This document shows, in pieces, positions 54,327-63,908 of a stretch of DNA of 64,000 nt (position 1 is its first letter; each line of letters starts with the position of its first letter). The position numbers and the translations under genes are program-made. Under the pieces are notes generated by a model. It searched no databases. It worked only from the letters and a program-made list of their open reading frames with translations, and was not told the DNA's origin. The stretch is from Methanobacteriota archaeon (lineage in GTDB: Archaea > Halobacteriota > Bog-38 > Methanoflorentales > Methanoflorentaceae): contig OY970393.1 of NCBI GenBank assembly GCA_963720465.1, positions 1,216,001 through 1,280,000 of the forward strand. Direction: 5' to 3'.

Positions 54327-55199
54327 ATGGCCCAAAGCGACAAACGCAAGGTTCGTGCTTTAATCAGCAAGGCGGATAGTCATCAGCAGGGAGTTCTTCT
54401 CGCTAATCATTACGCCGAGCACTGGCTACGAAGGACCCCGCTGCTCATGAGCGGCGAGATAGCTGACATCGCGCGGCAGATGCGGCCAGACGCGACTCGT
54501 TACAAGGGCAAGGATTCCGCCCGAAGCCACAACAGCGAGGAGATCGCCCACATGCTGCAGGCAGAATACAATCTATGCTTCTGCCTTAGTGATGCAAAGG
54601 TCGCCTACCTCGAGGTGATGCAAAGCCTCACCGTTTTGGACAGCCATTTGACGGTTATAGCTATGAATCACTTCGCCAAAAAGGGGCTCCGCCAAGCTGA
54701 CGCGGCGTTGAACAAGGAAGTGGTCGAAGAGCTGCGACACTGGGGAGGCGACGAGCTCGCGGCGCTTGGTGAAAGGTCGTTAGAAAAAAGCGACAGCGCG
54801 ATAGGTGCTGACGAAGACGCGCCTGATCGGCGTGTCGCCCCCAGCTGTGAGGTCATCGAGCTCGCGAAAAAGCAGGTGGCGCACCTAAAGGCGTTGCTTC
54901 AAGTGATGCGGGATGCGATGGAGAGCTACGCGATGCCAATACTCGTCTTTAACGAAAGGATTGATTGGTACGAACAGCACGTGCGCGAGTTTATCCGAGG
55001 GACGAAGAGGATATTTTACGACGCGCTTTTTCCGGAATGGGAAACAGAAAAGGCCAGCATCTTGCAGCGCGGTGACCAATACGCGTTGATGCTGGAATGT
55101 CTACCTGACTACGACGACGTGCCCTTCGATGATGCGGTGTACAATGACGTCTGGTCGTTCGTAAAAAGTCAAACGCTCGGCTTCACTCACCCGTCGTGA
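54327..55199 (+). CDS. Hypothetical helical protein, co-transcribed with the HTH gene
   Basis: GAGGGGGT SD; 290-aa open frame. Confidence 0.7.
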   Translation: MAQSDKRKVRALISKADSHQQGVLLANHYAEHWLRRTPLLMSGEIADIARQMRPDATRYKGKDSARSHNSEEIAHMLQAEYNLCFCLSDAKVAYLEVMQSLTVLDSHLTVIAMNHFAKKGLRQADAALNKEVVEELRHWGGDELAALGERSLEKSDSAIGADEDAPDRRVAPSCEVIELAKKQVAHLKALLQVMRDAMESYAMPILVFNERIDWYEQHVREFIRGTKRIFYDALFPEWETEKASILQRGDQYALMLECLPDYDDVPFDDAVYNDVWSFVKSQTLGFTHPS

Positions 55200-55694
55200 C
55201 GCCGATAGATGGGCAAGATTCTGAAGGCGTGCGCGCGGCGCGAGTGACGCACGGCGCTGCGTCACGTTGAAGCGCCTCAGATCTGCGTGCGTCTCACTCG
55301 TGCTTCACCATCGCGTACCATCAGCGCTGTACCGCGACCAGAGTCTATCTGGGGCGCACGCTCGAGAATTCCATCCTGACTCACCACGATTAGGAGTCTC
55401 GGATAGAGATGGTTAAGCCTCACCCATCAGTAGCGACAGCAACATCTCGGCTACAAAATAGCATGGCAGTCATGTTTTTGCCAAAAAAAAATCGGTACCT
55501 TCCAAGTGAGCCTTCTCAACAGAGACCGTCAGCTAAAGAAAATTGAAAAAAAAGAAATAACGAGCCAAGAACTACGGAACGGGTAAAAGAAGCACGCAGT
55601 GCTATCCCTAAGTCTTTTGCTAACTCGCCTTCACGCGAGGGCGACAGAAAAAATGTCACGCGCATTTAAGAACGATGTAATTTTGGAAGATGTC

Positions 55695-56171
55695 ATGGAT
55701 AAAATTGAACAAAAATTCAAGGATTATCTAACTGACATAGGTGCTTGGCAGTATTACGAGGACGTCGATTATTTTGTTCGCGAAGCCACATTGCCCCCTC
55801 TTAAAGACATTCACGACATCCTCATAACAAATTATCCACAAGATGGCCAGATCGTGCCTGAAGATTTATGGATGTTTTGTGACGGCTATTGCGTGAAAGT
55901 AAAAGACTTCTCAAAGGTAGCCGAAGAACCGGAGATGATTGAGCTAAGGTCACTGAAAGGCGAAGCCAGATCTGTTCATATTACGAAACAGAATTACAGC
56001 TTCCTCCAAACCGAATCTCGACGACACCAAGAACTCCCGAAGCCGAGGCTCGAACTATCAATCAAACTAGAAAATGACCAGACCTTCGATTTCAAAGCGA
56101 TAGAATCTGCAAATTGTAGGCATTTACTTGAAATCTATAAGCAGCATTTTGTGCCGCTGTTCCCAGTTTAG
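55695..56171 (+). CDS. Hypothetical protein (A/T-richer)
   Basis: Open frame, globular composition, TTTAAG box upstream. Confidence 0.65.
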   Translation: MDKIEQKFKDYLTDIGAWQYYEDVDYFVREATLPPLKDIHDILITNYPQDGQIVPEDLWMFCDGYCVKVKDFSKVAEEPEMIELRSLKGEARSVHITKQNYSFLQTESRRHQELPKPRLELSIKLENDQTFDFKAIESANCRHLLEIYKQHFVPLFPV

Positions 56172-56409
56172 GCCGTCGCTTGCTTCCTGAGCTGTCGTTT
56201 TTATCCTCATAGAGGTCCATTCCAAGGGGTTGTCGTTATCTTTGCCGACCTGCTCAAAAATTGCGAACGCTTGACCGCATGCGGTCGACGATTTGCCGGT
56301 TTGTCTACTGATTTCTTTACACTGCCGTGCCGCGATTTGTGCTTCAACGTGCTTCAACGTAGGCAAGACGTATAAAACATCACAATACACGTGAGATTTG
56401 GGAGTGCGC

Positions 56410-56610
56410 ATGGAAGTCAAAGGCGATACAGACGTTCGCTACCTCGTCGGCAAGAAGGGAAATAAAACGGATGTCGTGCTCACCTTAGAGGAATACGAGG
56501 AGCTCATCGAAGATATCCACGACCTTTCGGTCGCGCTTGAACGCCAAAACGACAAACGAATTAGCTTGCGTGAGCTCGAAGAGCGACTCAAGGAAGATGG
56601 GCTCTTATAG
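56410..56610 (+). CDS. Type II antitoxin (RelB-like)
   Basis: YLV..KG.K..VVL.LEEYEEL.ED..DL; overlaps the toxin start. Confidence 0.8.
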   Translation: MEVKGDTDVRYLVGKKGNKTDVVLTLEEYEELIEDIHDLSVALERQNDKRISLRELEERLKEDGLL

Positions 56611-56790
56611 CGTTATTCTCAGTGAGAACGCGTACAGGGACTTAAAGAAGATAGACCGCCTGAAGCTCCCCCAGCAGCAGATTGTTCGCATTTTTAAGGC
56701 CGTCAAGTCGCTAGAGGACGATCCACGCTCGCGCGGCTGCAAGAAGCTCGAAGGAACGTCGATACCGCTCTACCGGATGCGCACTAAGCG
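56597..56790 (+). pseudogene. RelE/ParE toxin, truncated after LYRMR
   Basis: YSV.LS..A.RDLKKI...L..DPR..GCKKL.G..LYRMR; the expected VGDYRV.Y is missing. Confidence 0.8.
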
Positions 56791-56821
56791 GTCCTTTAGG
56801 AATTTTGCCCGCCCCTTCCGG

Positions 56822-57055
56822 TCAAACGAGCCCACAAGGAGGTACGCCGAGATGAAGAAGAAGAGCGCCATCGCAAACGACCCAGCTATTGCCACAATCG
56901 TCCCGACGCCGACCACGTTCGCGAAGGGCAGCGGTCCGGGGGGGGCTCGGGACCCAGCCCTCGGCGTTGGGGATGTACGCCAAGCCGGAATGGATCAGGA
57001 TCACAAAAATAATCAGAACGATCTTGATATTGTCAAAGTAATAAAGGCGCTGCAT
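56822..57055 (-). pseudogene. N-terminal fragment of acyltransferase-3 family protein
   Basis: RLYYFDNIKIVL...VILIHS..AY; M.LFFFISAY in a shifted frame. Confidence 0.75.
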
Positions 57056-57523
57056 GCGTGCCTCACCAGCACCTAGGTTTAATGAGCAGCCTTACCTTAA
57101 AATTTCCCTGATCATCTAGTGCTCGCTAAAACTGCCCGTGGCGGAGCGAACTAGAAGATACACGTGAGCGCCTCGGTCACGTGAGCGCCAGCTACTAAGG
57201 ATAACAATAAAAGGGCTAGCCGCCGTAAAGGATGAACGCTTCCTGCTAACGAACGACAAATGCATAGTGTTGTTTTTTACTCCGATGTCGGCAGCTCACT
57301 GGCAGGATCTACCTGACGATTATTCATTGTTGAAGTATGTACGCTTTAAGAAGATAGCTAAAGTACATACGGGTGCTTCCTATGAGCCAGACTTCGAGGC
57401 AACCGTAAAAAAGTGTGCCCGACGATTCTGGTTTCGTCCCGTACCGCTTAAGGGCAGCACATCGGTCGGGCATAGAAGCTATCAAAGCGCAAAAAACGGC
57501 ATAATCAACAAGGAGAATAAGCC

Positions 57524-58105
57524 ATGAAAAAATCCATAGGAGCCCACTCCGTAGTCTATCCCGCTCCGGTATTTGTGGTGGGAACGTATGATGAAGAGGG
57601 AAAACCAAATGTTATGACCGCAGCGTGGGGAGGAATTTGCTGTTCTGCACCGCCATGCGTCGCTGTTTCTTTGCTAGAAGCAACATATACGTATAGAAAC
57701 ATTTTGGAGCGAAAAGCCTTCACCATAAGCATCCCCTCAGAAAAATACGTCAAAGAAGCTGATTACTTTGGCATAGCGTCGGGAAAACACGTGGACAAGT
57801 TTGCTGTCACAGGACTGACACCAGCTAAAAGCGAAGTGGTGGACGCACCGTACGTCGATGAGTTCCCATTTGTTTTAGAGTGTCAATTGCTTCGAAGCGT
57901 CGAAATTGGGGGGCATACGCAGTTCATTGGTGAAATTAAAGACATAAAAGTGGATGAAGACTTAATCAAAGATGGTAACCCTCTCATAGAAAAAATAATG
58001 CCCCTAATATTTGGCATAGATAACTTCTCTTACTATGGGGTTGGAAAATACGTGGCGAAGGCCTTTTCCATCGGAAAGGAAATTGTGGGAAAAAATAACG
58101 AGTAG
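57524..58105 (+). CDS. Flavin reductase / flavoredoxin family protein
   Basis: [34 protein letters not shown]. Confidence 0.92.
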   Translation: MKKSIGAHSVVYPAPVFVVGTYDEEGKPNVMTAAWGGICCSAPPCVAVSLLEATYTYRNILERKAFTISIPSEKYVKEADYFGIASGKHVDKFAVTGLTPAKSEVVDAPYVDEFPFVLECQLLRSVEIGGHTQFIGEIKDIKVDEDLIKDGNPLIEKIMPLIFGIDNFSYYGVGKYVAKAFSIGKEIVGKNNE

Positions 58106-58352
58106 GATTCTCCCACAGATTAAGAGACTAATTTTCTTTTTTATTTGGGGTCTACTGTTTCTGTTTACTGTGACGGAGCTCAGCTTTTGCCTAAGCTTCG
58201 GACCCATACCTCTAGAAAAGGAAGTAGTCGGTGTAGTTAATATCCGACCCGCTAGTCTCAGGGGTTTCCTAGTAGTTACTGCCCTATGAATGATGAATGT
58301 TTTGAAATGGTTAAGGATAGTCACGTATAATCGTGTCGATGGGGACGTAAAA

Positions 58353-58742
58353 ATGAAACAAAAACTATCTCGACGAGAGATAGACGAATTATGTAAGGAC
58401 CTAACCCGGCACTCCAAAAGACTCCTTGAACGTGAGACAATTGACAGACTAGACGTCGATTTTGTCCAAGCCAAGGCAGAACATAACGCGGGCAACATCG
58501 AAGGCGGCTTTACACTGAAAGAGGATGTCCTGAGTAGACTACATGACTACGCCGCAGAAATCGAGGATGTGTTGTGCGGATTGAATATCCTTTCCGAACA
58601 AGGCGATGTGCCGGCGTTTGTGCGGCAGACTACGGCAGAATGTATCACGCTAAAGGCCGAGTGCGCAGAGTTGCTAACGAGGTTTGAAGACGAATGGCAA
58701 ACAAATTCATGGGCGTACTGGCGCAAATTGAATCGTGAATGA
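58353..58742 (+). CDS. Hypothetical helical protein
   Basis: GGGGA SD; 129-aa open frame. Confidence 0.55.
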   Translation: MKQKLSRREIDELCKDLTRHSKRLLERETIDRLDVDFVQAKAEHNAGNIEGGFTLKEDVLSRLHDYAAEIEDVLCGLNILSEQGDVPAFVRQTTAECITLKAECAELLTRFEDEWQTNSWAYWRKLNRE

Positions 58743-59189
58743 TTTTAACTCGGTTCCATCCTTTAGAGTCATACTCTTTTTAAGATACTCTTCTTGCAGG
58801 AGGTAAACTGCTCACTTAATACCCCCCCCGGTAGTTGCGGCGTAAAAGTACCCAATGTCTAAGTGGGTCTACCTATCATCGCGAGCATCGAACCGCTGCG
58901 CTTAACCGTTACCCACCCATAGTTACTCTCACTTGGGGAATAACACGGCACCCAGTCGTCGACCTTGACGTGGCGAAGTAGTGACAGAAGCCAAAGCATC
59001 TAATGGCTGCCTAGATCAAGCGACCTTCGCATGGGAAAAGACAAAAAACGGAGAACCGATCTTCTGATAATGTTCTCCTGCGGTAGGACTTCCGCTTACT
59101 TGTGAATAACCAGTTATTCCTCCTCGGTCGGTAGGTAATGTTATCGGGAGGCGCAACCAAACCCGCACATCGCACTTAGGAGAACGCAC

Positions 59190-59585
59190 ATGACCAGAAC
59201 AAGTCCAACCTGGGTGACGTATTGCAGAATATACGTCGACGCAAAGGGTGACTCGCACTTTGATACCGTGATGATCGAACAGAAGCTCGGGCGAGCAGCG
59301 CCACCAGCTGCCCCGTTTTACTTTTCCGAGGACAGACCCGCGTCGAAATATTGCTTCTATTCGTTTGAGCCCGGCTGGATCGGCGAACTGCATCCAGCTC
59401 CCACCCGACAGTTCCTTGCCTTGATGTCAGGTGCGGTGGAGATGGAGACCACAGACGGAACGGTCAGGCAGCTTGGGCCCGGGAACCTCATCCTGCTGGA
59501 AGACACGTCGGACAAGGGGCACGTGACGAGGAATATTGGAGACGGGTACGCCACGTTCCTCGTGGTTCCGGTCCCTGAGACCTGA
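59190..59585 (+). CDS. Cupin-domain protein
   Basis: G.SHF, HPAP.RQF, G..ILLEDT..KGH. Confidence 0.88.
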   Translation: MTRTSPTWVTYCRIYVDAKGDSHFDTVMIEQKLGRAAPPAAPFYFSEDRPASKYCFYSFEPGWIGELHPAPTRQFLALMSGAVEMETTDGTVRQLGPGNLILLEDTSDKGHVTRNIGDGYATFLVVPVPET

Positions 59586-59827
59586 TATTATTCCGGAGAT
59601 ATTGTCTTCTCATCACCCCTTTCTTATGACGTTGCGGCCGGGGATACTGAGACCACTTTGGTAGAGGGAGGAGTTTAGCAATCGCCTCCATCAGGCGGAG
59701 GTCGATAGTCGCCTAACACCTGCCCCCCTTGATGCACGTCCCTCGTAACATAAAGTCACGACCAGTAGGTTTGAGCTATGGACGAGGCGGCAACTGGGTG
59801 AGCGACACGAGATTCATGTGAGTTGTC

Positions 59828-60562
59828 TCATCTCCATTTCGTAAGTATCTCCTCCCTGCGGAAGGTGGCTCTGCTTAAGAAAAACAAAAGCGCATCAATA
59901 ACCAGAATAATCGCAAAAATGATCGTCAGAGTGGCAGGCGTGAGTGATACGAAGCCTATCTCCAATGCAACATATATCACACCTAAGGGAAGCAAGACCA
60001 GCATTCCGAACTGCTGGGCAGCCCGTATGTCACTGACTCGTGCGGATATGATGACGTTGAACTCGCTGCTTAGGATGCTTATGAGCGGCACTGTGACCAG
60101 TAGGATAACTGCCATCGTCCAATTTGGGAAAAAGAGGTATCCGAGCCTGCCGCTCGTCACTCCGTCCATAAGAACCATAAAAATCACAGCACCGGCATAG
60201 GTCGCGACAATGGACGGCAGGAATGCAGAAAGAACTTTTCCCAGCAGGATCTCGGCATCGGTGGTTGGCGTTGCTAGCAGGGGTTCTAGGGTTTTCTCAA
60301 GCTTCTCGCCGACGATGCTGTAGGCACCAATACTTATGGGGAGGAGACCTGCCAAGATGACAAAGAAAAAGGAGAAGGCATTGAGCACGCTTAGAATAAG
60401 TGGCAACGGAGTCGTAGCTCTTCGAATGAGAAGCATCATGACACCGGGCAGTCCGATCGATATCAGTAACGGAACCACAACCAACGAATAGATAATGTAT
60501 CGTTTCGTCCTGAACGTGGCGAAATCCTTCCGTGCGATCACCCACGACTTCCACAGCTTCAT
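59828..60562 (-). CDS. ABC transporter permease
   Basis: SIVGEK..KTLEPLLATP, ILLGK, F.RE.IL. Confidence 0.9.
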   Translation of the reverse strand: MKLWKSWVIARKDFATFRTKRYIIYSLVVVPLLISIGLPGVMMLLIRRATTPLPLILSVLNAFSFFFVILAGLLPISIGAYSIVGEKLEKTLEPLLATPTTDAEILLGKVLSAFLPSIVATYAGAVIFMVLMDGVTSGRLGYLFFPNWTMAVILLVTVPLISILSSEFNVIISARVSDIRAAQQFGMLVLLPLGVIYVALEIGFVSLTPATLTIIFAIILVIDALLFFLSRATFRREEILTKWR

Positions 60563-61488
60563 CGTTCATCCCTCACGAGTTTCAGGTAGACCTCCTCGAG
60601 CGTTGCGTGCTTCTCAGTAATAAACTGGATGTGGCCGCCCGCTGCGACAATGGCTTCCATGATGCCGGGATTCTCCTTTTCAGGATCGCTCACGTCGATC
60701 ATCAATTTGTTACCATCAGTCACGACGTAGTTCAGCCCCTGCCTCTCGACCGCCGCTGTGATCGCGGGAGTAACTTGTGCAAGCTGAACCACCGTCTTTC
60801 TCCCCTCGAGCGATTCCGTGAGCTGTTCCGGATCGCCTACCGCAACGAGTCTGGTGTTTAAAATCCCAATTCTGTCACAGATCCGTTGCGCCTCGTCAAG
60901 GTTATGAGTGTTTAGAAAGATCGTCCGCTTCTCGTGTTTGAGTTCGAGGATGAAGTCTCGCACCGTTTTTTGGAACTCAGGATCGAGGTTCGCCGTCGGC
61001 TCATCGAGAAAGAGGACGCGCGGCTCGTGGATGAGTGCGCGGACGATGGCAAGCTTTTGCTTCATGCCCTTGGAAAAAGTTCTGACCGCACGATCCCGTA
61101 CCTCCCACAGCCCTAACATCCTGAGGAAGTGTTCGATCCTCTCCGTCCGTTGTGCTTCCGTGCACTCATAAAGGCGCCCATAAAAGTCGAGGTTGCGGTA
61201 CGCGCTCAGGTCTTCATAGAGACCAACGTTGTCAGGCATCACGCCAATGATCTTCCTGATCTTCTGGACATCCGCATCGTTTCCAACCTCATAATTGCCT
61301 ATCCTCGCCTCTCCGCTCGTCTTTGAGATGAGACATGCAAGCATCCGAATGGTCGTGGTCTTCCCTGCTCCGTTTGGTCCAAGAAAGCCAAAGACCTCTC
61401 CCTCTCCCACATGAAGGGTTAGATCCTCAACTGCTGTCACATCGCCAAACTTCCTCGTAAGGTTGCTCGTTTCAATCAAACCCAGCAC
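60559..61488 (-). CDS. ABC transporter ATP-binding protein
   Basis: GPNGAGKTT, FSKGM, FLDEPT. Confidence 0.93.
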   Translation of the reverse strand: MLGLIETSNLTRKFGDVTAVEDLTLHVGEGEVFGFLGPNGAGKTTTIRMLACLISKTSGEARIGNYEVGNDADVQKIRKIIGVMPDNVGLYEDLSAYRNLDFYGRLYECTEAQRTERIEHFLRMLGLWEVRDRAVRTFSKGMKQKLAIVRALIHEPRVLFLDEPTANLDPEFQKTVRDFILELKHEKRTIFLNTHNLDEAQRICDRIGILNTRLVAVGDPEQLTESLEGRKTVVQLAQVTPAITAAVERQGLNYVVTDGNKLMIDVSDPEKENPGIMEAIVAAGGHIQFITEKHATLEEVYLKLVRDER

Positions 61489-61719
61489 GCCCCGAACTCT
61501 GATTCACAGTGATCGCTTCCGAATGGTCTGTCTCTCTATCTCGCATCGGTCGTCGACGAATCTTTCAATCCGTCAGTGTAGCGTGAGGTGATGGTATAAA
61601 CGTTTTCATCTCATTTTGTCGTCGCAAGCGGATAATCACAACGATTAAGGTGCTTGCACTGACCCGATTCCATTATTCTACCCGAACCACATTACTGAGA
61701 CCTTTTCGCTGATGCTGCA

Positions 61720-62040
61720 TTGCCCAAACACGAGTTGCTGGCGATTCAGCGCAGCAAAATCTCTCTGCACCACGCAAAAACTGGTTACGACTACCCAACA
61801 ATACGGCTACCACACACATTTGCGAAAGTTGCTGGACTGTCTACACAAATCTATCAAACGGTGCACGAAGGGATGCTCGCGTTTCTAGTGGTTGCGTCGC
61901 CTAGAGGCATGTCAAAAAATACTGCCGAACATCTAACAACGACCTTGCTTGCTCAGAATCCTCCGTCTTCACACGGCGGAGGTCGCCGATTCGAATCCGG
62001 CCGGGCCCATTGGTTTTTTTTGGATGATTTGGTCGATTAG
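61720..62040 (+). CDS. AbrB/SpoVT-like small protein reading through the tRNA fragment
   Basis: YDYPTIRLP..F...AG..T.IYQ...EG..AFLV; homologous to 61969..62289. Confidence 0.65.
   Translation: MPKHELLAIQRSKISLHHAKTGYDYPTIRLPHTFAKVAGLSTQIYQTVHEGMLAFLVVASPRGMSKNTAEHLTTTLLAQNPPSSHGGGRRFESGRAHWFFLDDLVD
61963..62009 (+). mobile_element. 3' half of tRNA-Val(CAC): probable attachment (att) site
   Basis: Anticodon arm CCGTC-TTCACAC-GGCGG, variable AGGTC, T-arm GCCGA-TTCGAAT-CCGGC, acceptor 3' strand CGGGCCC-A, then a T-tract; no 5' acceptor strand GGGCCCG upstream. Confidence 0.85.
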
Positions 62041-62289
62041 ACCGCAATATAGATCCGAATTATTATGGTTCCCGTGACTTGCCGATTTGTCTAATTTGTC
62101 TAAACTGTCTAAATGAGGCGCAATAAAGAAACCGGCAAGGCCGTTAAATTCCATTTGATAGATACTCACAGTTTTCCCGGCAAACTCTTTGGATGCTCTT
62201 GGCAAGCGAATAAGCGGAAACGCGTACGTTGGATTAGAGGATTGAAGCGAGACTTTTGTGGTAAAAACTTTCTTCACGGCGGAATTCAT
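61969..62289 (-). CDS. AbrB/SpoVT-like small protein, convergent paralog
   Basis: YAFPLIRLP...FAGK...IYQ...NG..GFFI. Confidence 0.65.
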   Translation of the reverse strand: MNSAVKKVFTTKVSLQSSNPTYAFPLIRLPRASKEFAGKTVSIYQMEFNGLAGFFIAPHLDSLDKLDKSASHGNHNNSDLYCGLIDQIIQKKPMGPAGFESATSAV

Positions 62290-62384
62290 CGTGTATCTAC
62301 CCGATCTAAAAGATCAAATCTGAATTGTGTGTCAAACAAATAGTTTTATTTGTCGCCGAACCTAAAGTCTTCTCTTTGAAAGCG

Positions 62385-62966
62385 ATGGCAATTGAAACGC
62401 GAATGACGATTTTGGGTAAGTTTTTGCTTTTTATCGGTGCATATATTCCCGTCTTGCTGTTGTTGATTATAAAATCGGCTTCAGCTTTGACGTTTGATTT
62501 TTGCTTTTCGGCTTCAGTTTGTTTATTTCTTGTCATAGCAAGCCTAATTTTCTGGATGTACTTTCTCCGCGACGCCGAACGGCAGACAGGTTCTATCTTT
62601 AACATTAAAGAATGCCAGAATCAAGCAGCTAAGCCTCTAAATTATTTAATCCCCTACATTTTGGCATTAGTTGGTCTCAGTCTCGGCAGCATTCAAGATT
62701 TGATCGTTTTAATAGTCCTACTTGTTTGGTTGTTCATTGTCTATTCGAAATCTGACGTACTCTTTTCTGAAGTATTATTCTTCAATCCAATGTTTTACTT
62801 GAGCGGTTACCAAATGTATCAGGTCAAAGCCTATTCCCCCGGTGTTAACGAAAACCAAGCTTCCGGAGCATTACTGATTTCAAGAAAAAAGCTTGCAGCC
62901 TTACCAACGCCGATAAGCGTTAAAGAACTGGATACCGGCGTCATTATGGATATCAGCAAGACGTGA
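62385..62966 (+). CDS. kwaA: Kiwa anti-phage membrane protein KwaA
   Basis: LF..AY.P...I.., NYLIPYI, NP.F.L.GY..Y pattern with about 4 TM; directly upstream of kwaB. Confidence 0.8.
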   Translation: MAIETRMTILGKFLLFIGAYIPVLLLLIIKSASALTFDFCFSASVCLFLVIASLIFWMYFLRDAERQTGSIFNIKECQNQAAKPLNYLIPYILALVGLSLGSIQDLIVLIVLLVWLFIVYSKSDVLFSEVLFFNPMFYLSGYQMYQVKAYSPGVNENQASGALLISRKKLAALPTPISVKELDTGVIMDISKT

Positions 62967-62970
62967 GAGC

Positions 62971-63908
62971 ATGTCAGAAATCAATAAGATTAAGCAGTTC
63001 CTTGAGAGCGCAGATCCGGATAATGCTCAGTTCTTTTTTGTGAAGCGAGGCCAAGCCGGTTCTGACTATAAATACACAATTCTAAAAGCTAATATTGAAC
63101 CCAATCTTGCGCAAGAACTTCTTAACATCGGCACTGGGCAAGCAGAGAAGCTAAGTAACGAGGCCGAACAACGAGAGTATCCGGGCCCTCTGAGTTTTGA
63201 CCGATTATACGTCTTAACCAGGAAAGTTAGAAACGTTCCATATCTGGAATCAGTGCTGAGTAAACTAGCTGCGGTCGGATCAGAACCCTTCGTAGAGACT
63301 GTAAAAAATATCAGGGGATATGCACTAAGATTGCAAAGTGTAGACACGTCCCTTTATTTGTTCAAAAAATATCCTCAGATGAAAGGTGTACGAAGAAAAA
63401 AGTGGGTCGCCTTCAAGAAAGGGAAATTAATACTCGTCGATGAAGCGCCATTAATGATTTTTATGGACTACGACGCAGCAATCTTGTTGCAACAGTCAAC
63501 GTTAGCCGATGAGACTGTTTGCATTTTCAATGTGCGCAAGTTTGAGTCGTTGTTTAGTTTCTACCAATATTACCGAAATAAACTGGAACAAATAGGGGCA
63601 CGACTACCGGTTCAATCATTCTTAGATGATAGCCAGTTATTCCTTAAACATTGCATGAAAGATCCAGCGAAACTAAGGAAAATGTACACGATTCTTGAAG
63701 GTGGCGACTTAGAAAAAATAAGGTAGACAAGCTTGACCGAATAATAACTAGATACGACATAGGATTAGACCACGATGATCAAACGGGCAAGATCAAGGTA
63801 ACTGAAGAAAAAATGTGGAAAATACTCGGCTTGCTGAATGACGATTATGTTCAATCTACTCGCACCGGCACAAGATATGAAGCGCGAAGCAAAGTGAGGT
63901 TGCGATGA
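62971..63908 (+). CDS. kwaB: Kiwa anti-phage protein KwaB (DUF4868), frameshift near 63721
   Basis: LYLFKK, IFN..KFE.LF.F; shifted-frame C-terminus ..IL.LLNDDY..S..TG..YEA.SK to TGA 63908. Confidence 0.8.

Noticed and set aside
57161-57189. CACGTGAGCGCC direct repeat x2
   Set aside because: Only two copies with no associated element; likely a local duplication.
59694-59704. GGCGGAGGTCG, an 11-nt match to the tRNA-Val fragment (possible second att)
   Set aside because: Too short, and no T-arm or acceptor sequence follows.
61940-62012. Functional full-length tRNA-Val
   Set aside because: No 5' acceptor strand or proper D-arm upstream, and an A-C mismatch in the T-stem; only the 3' half is present.
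63724-63726. Amber read-through in kwaB
   Set aside because: The conserved C-terminus continues in a different frame, so this is a frameshift, not an in-frame TAG.
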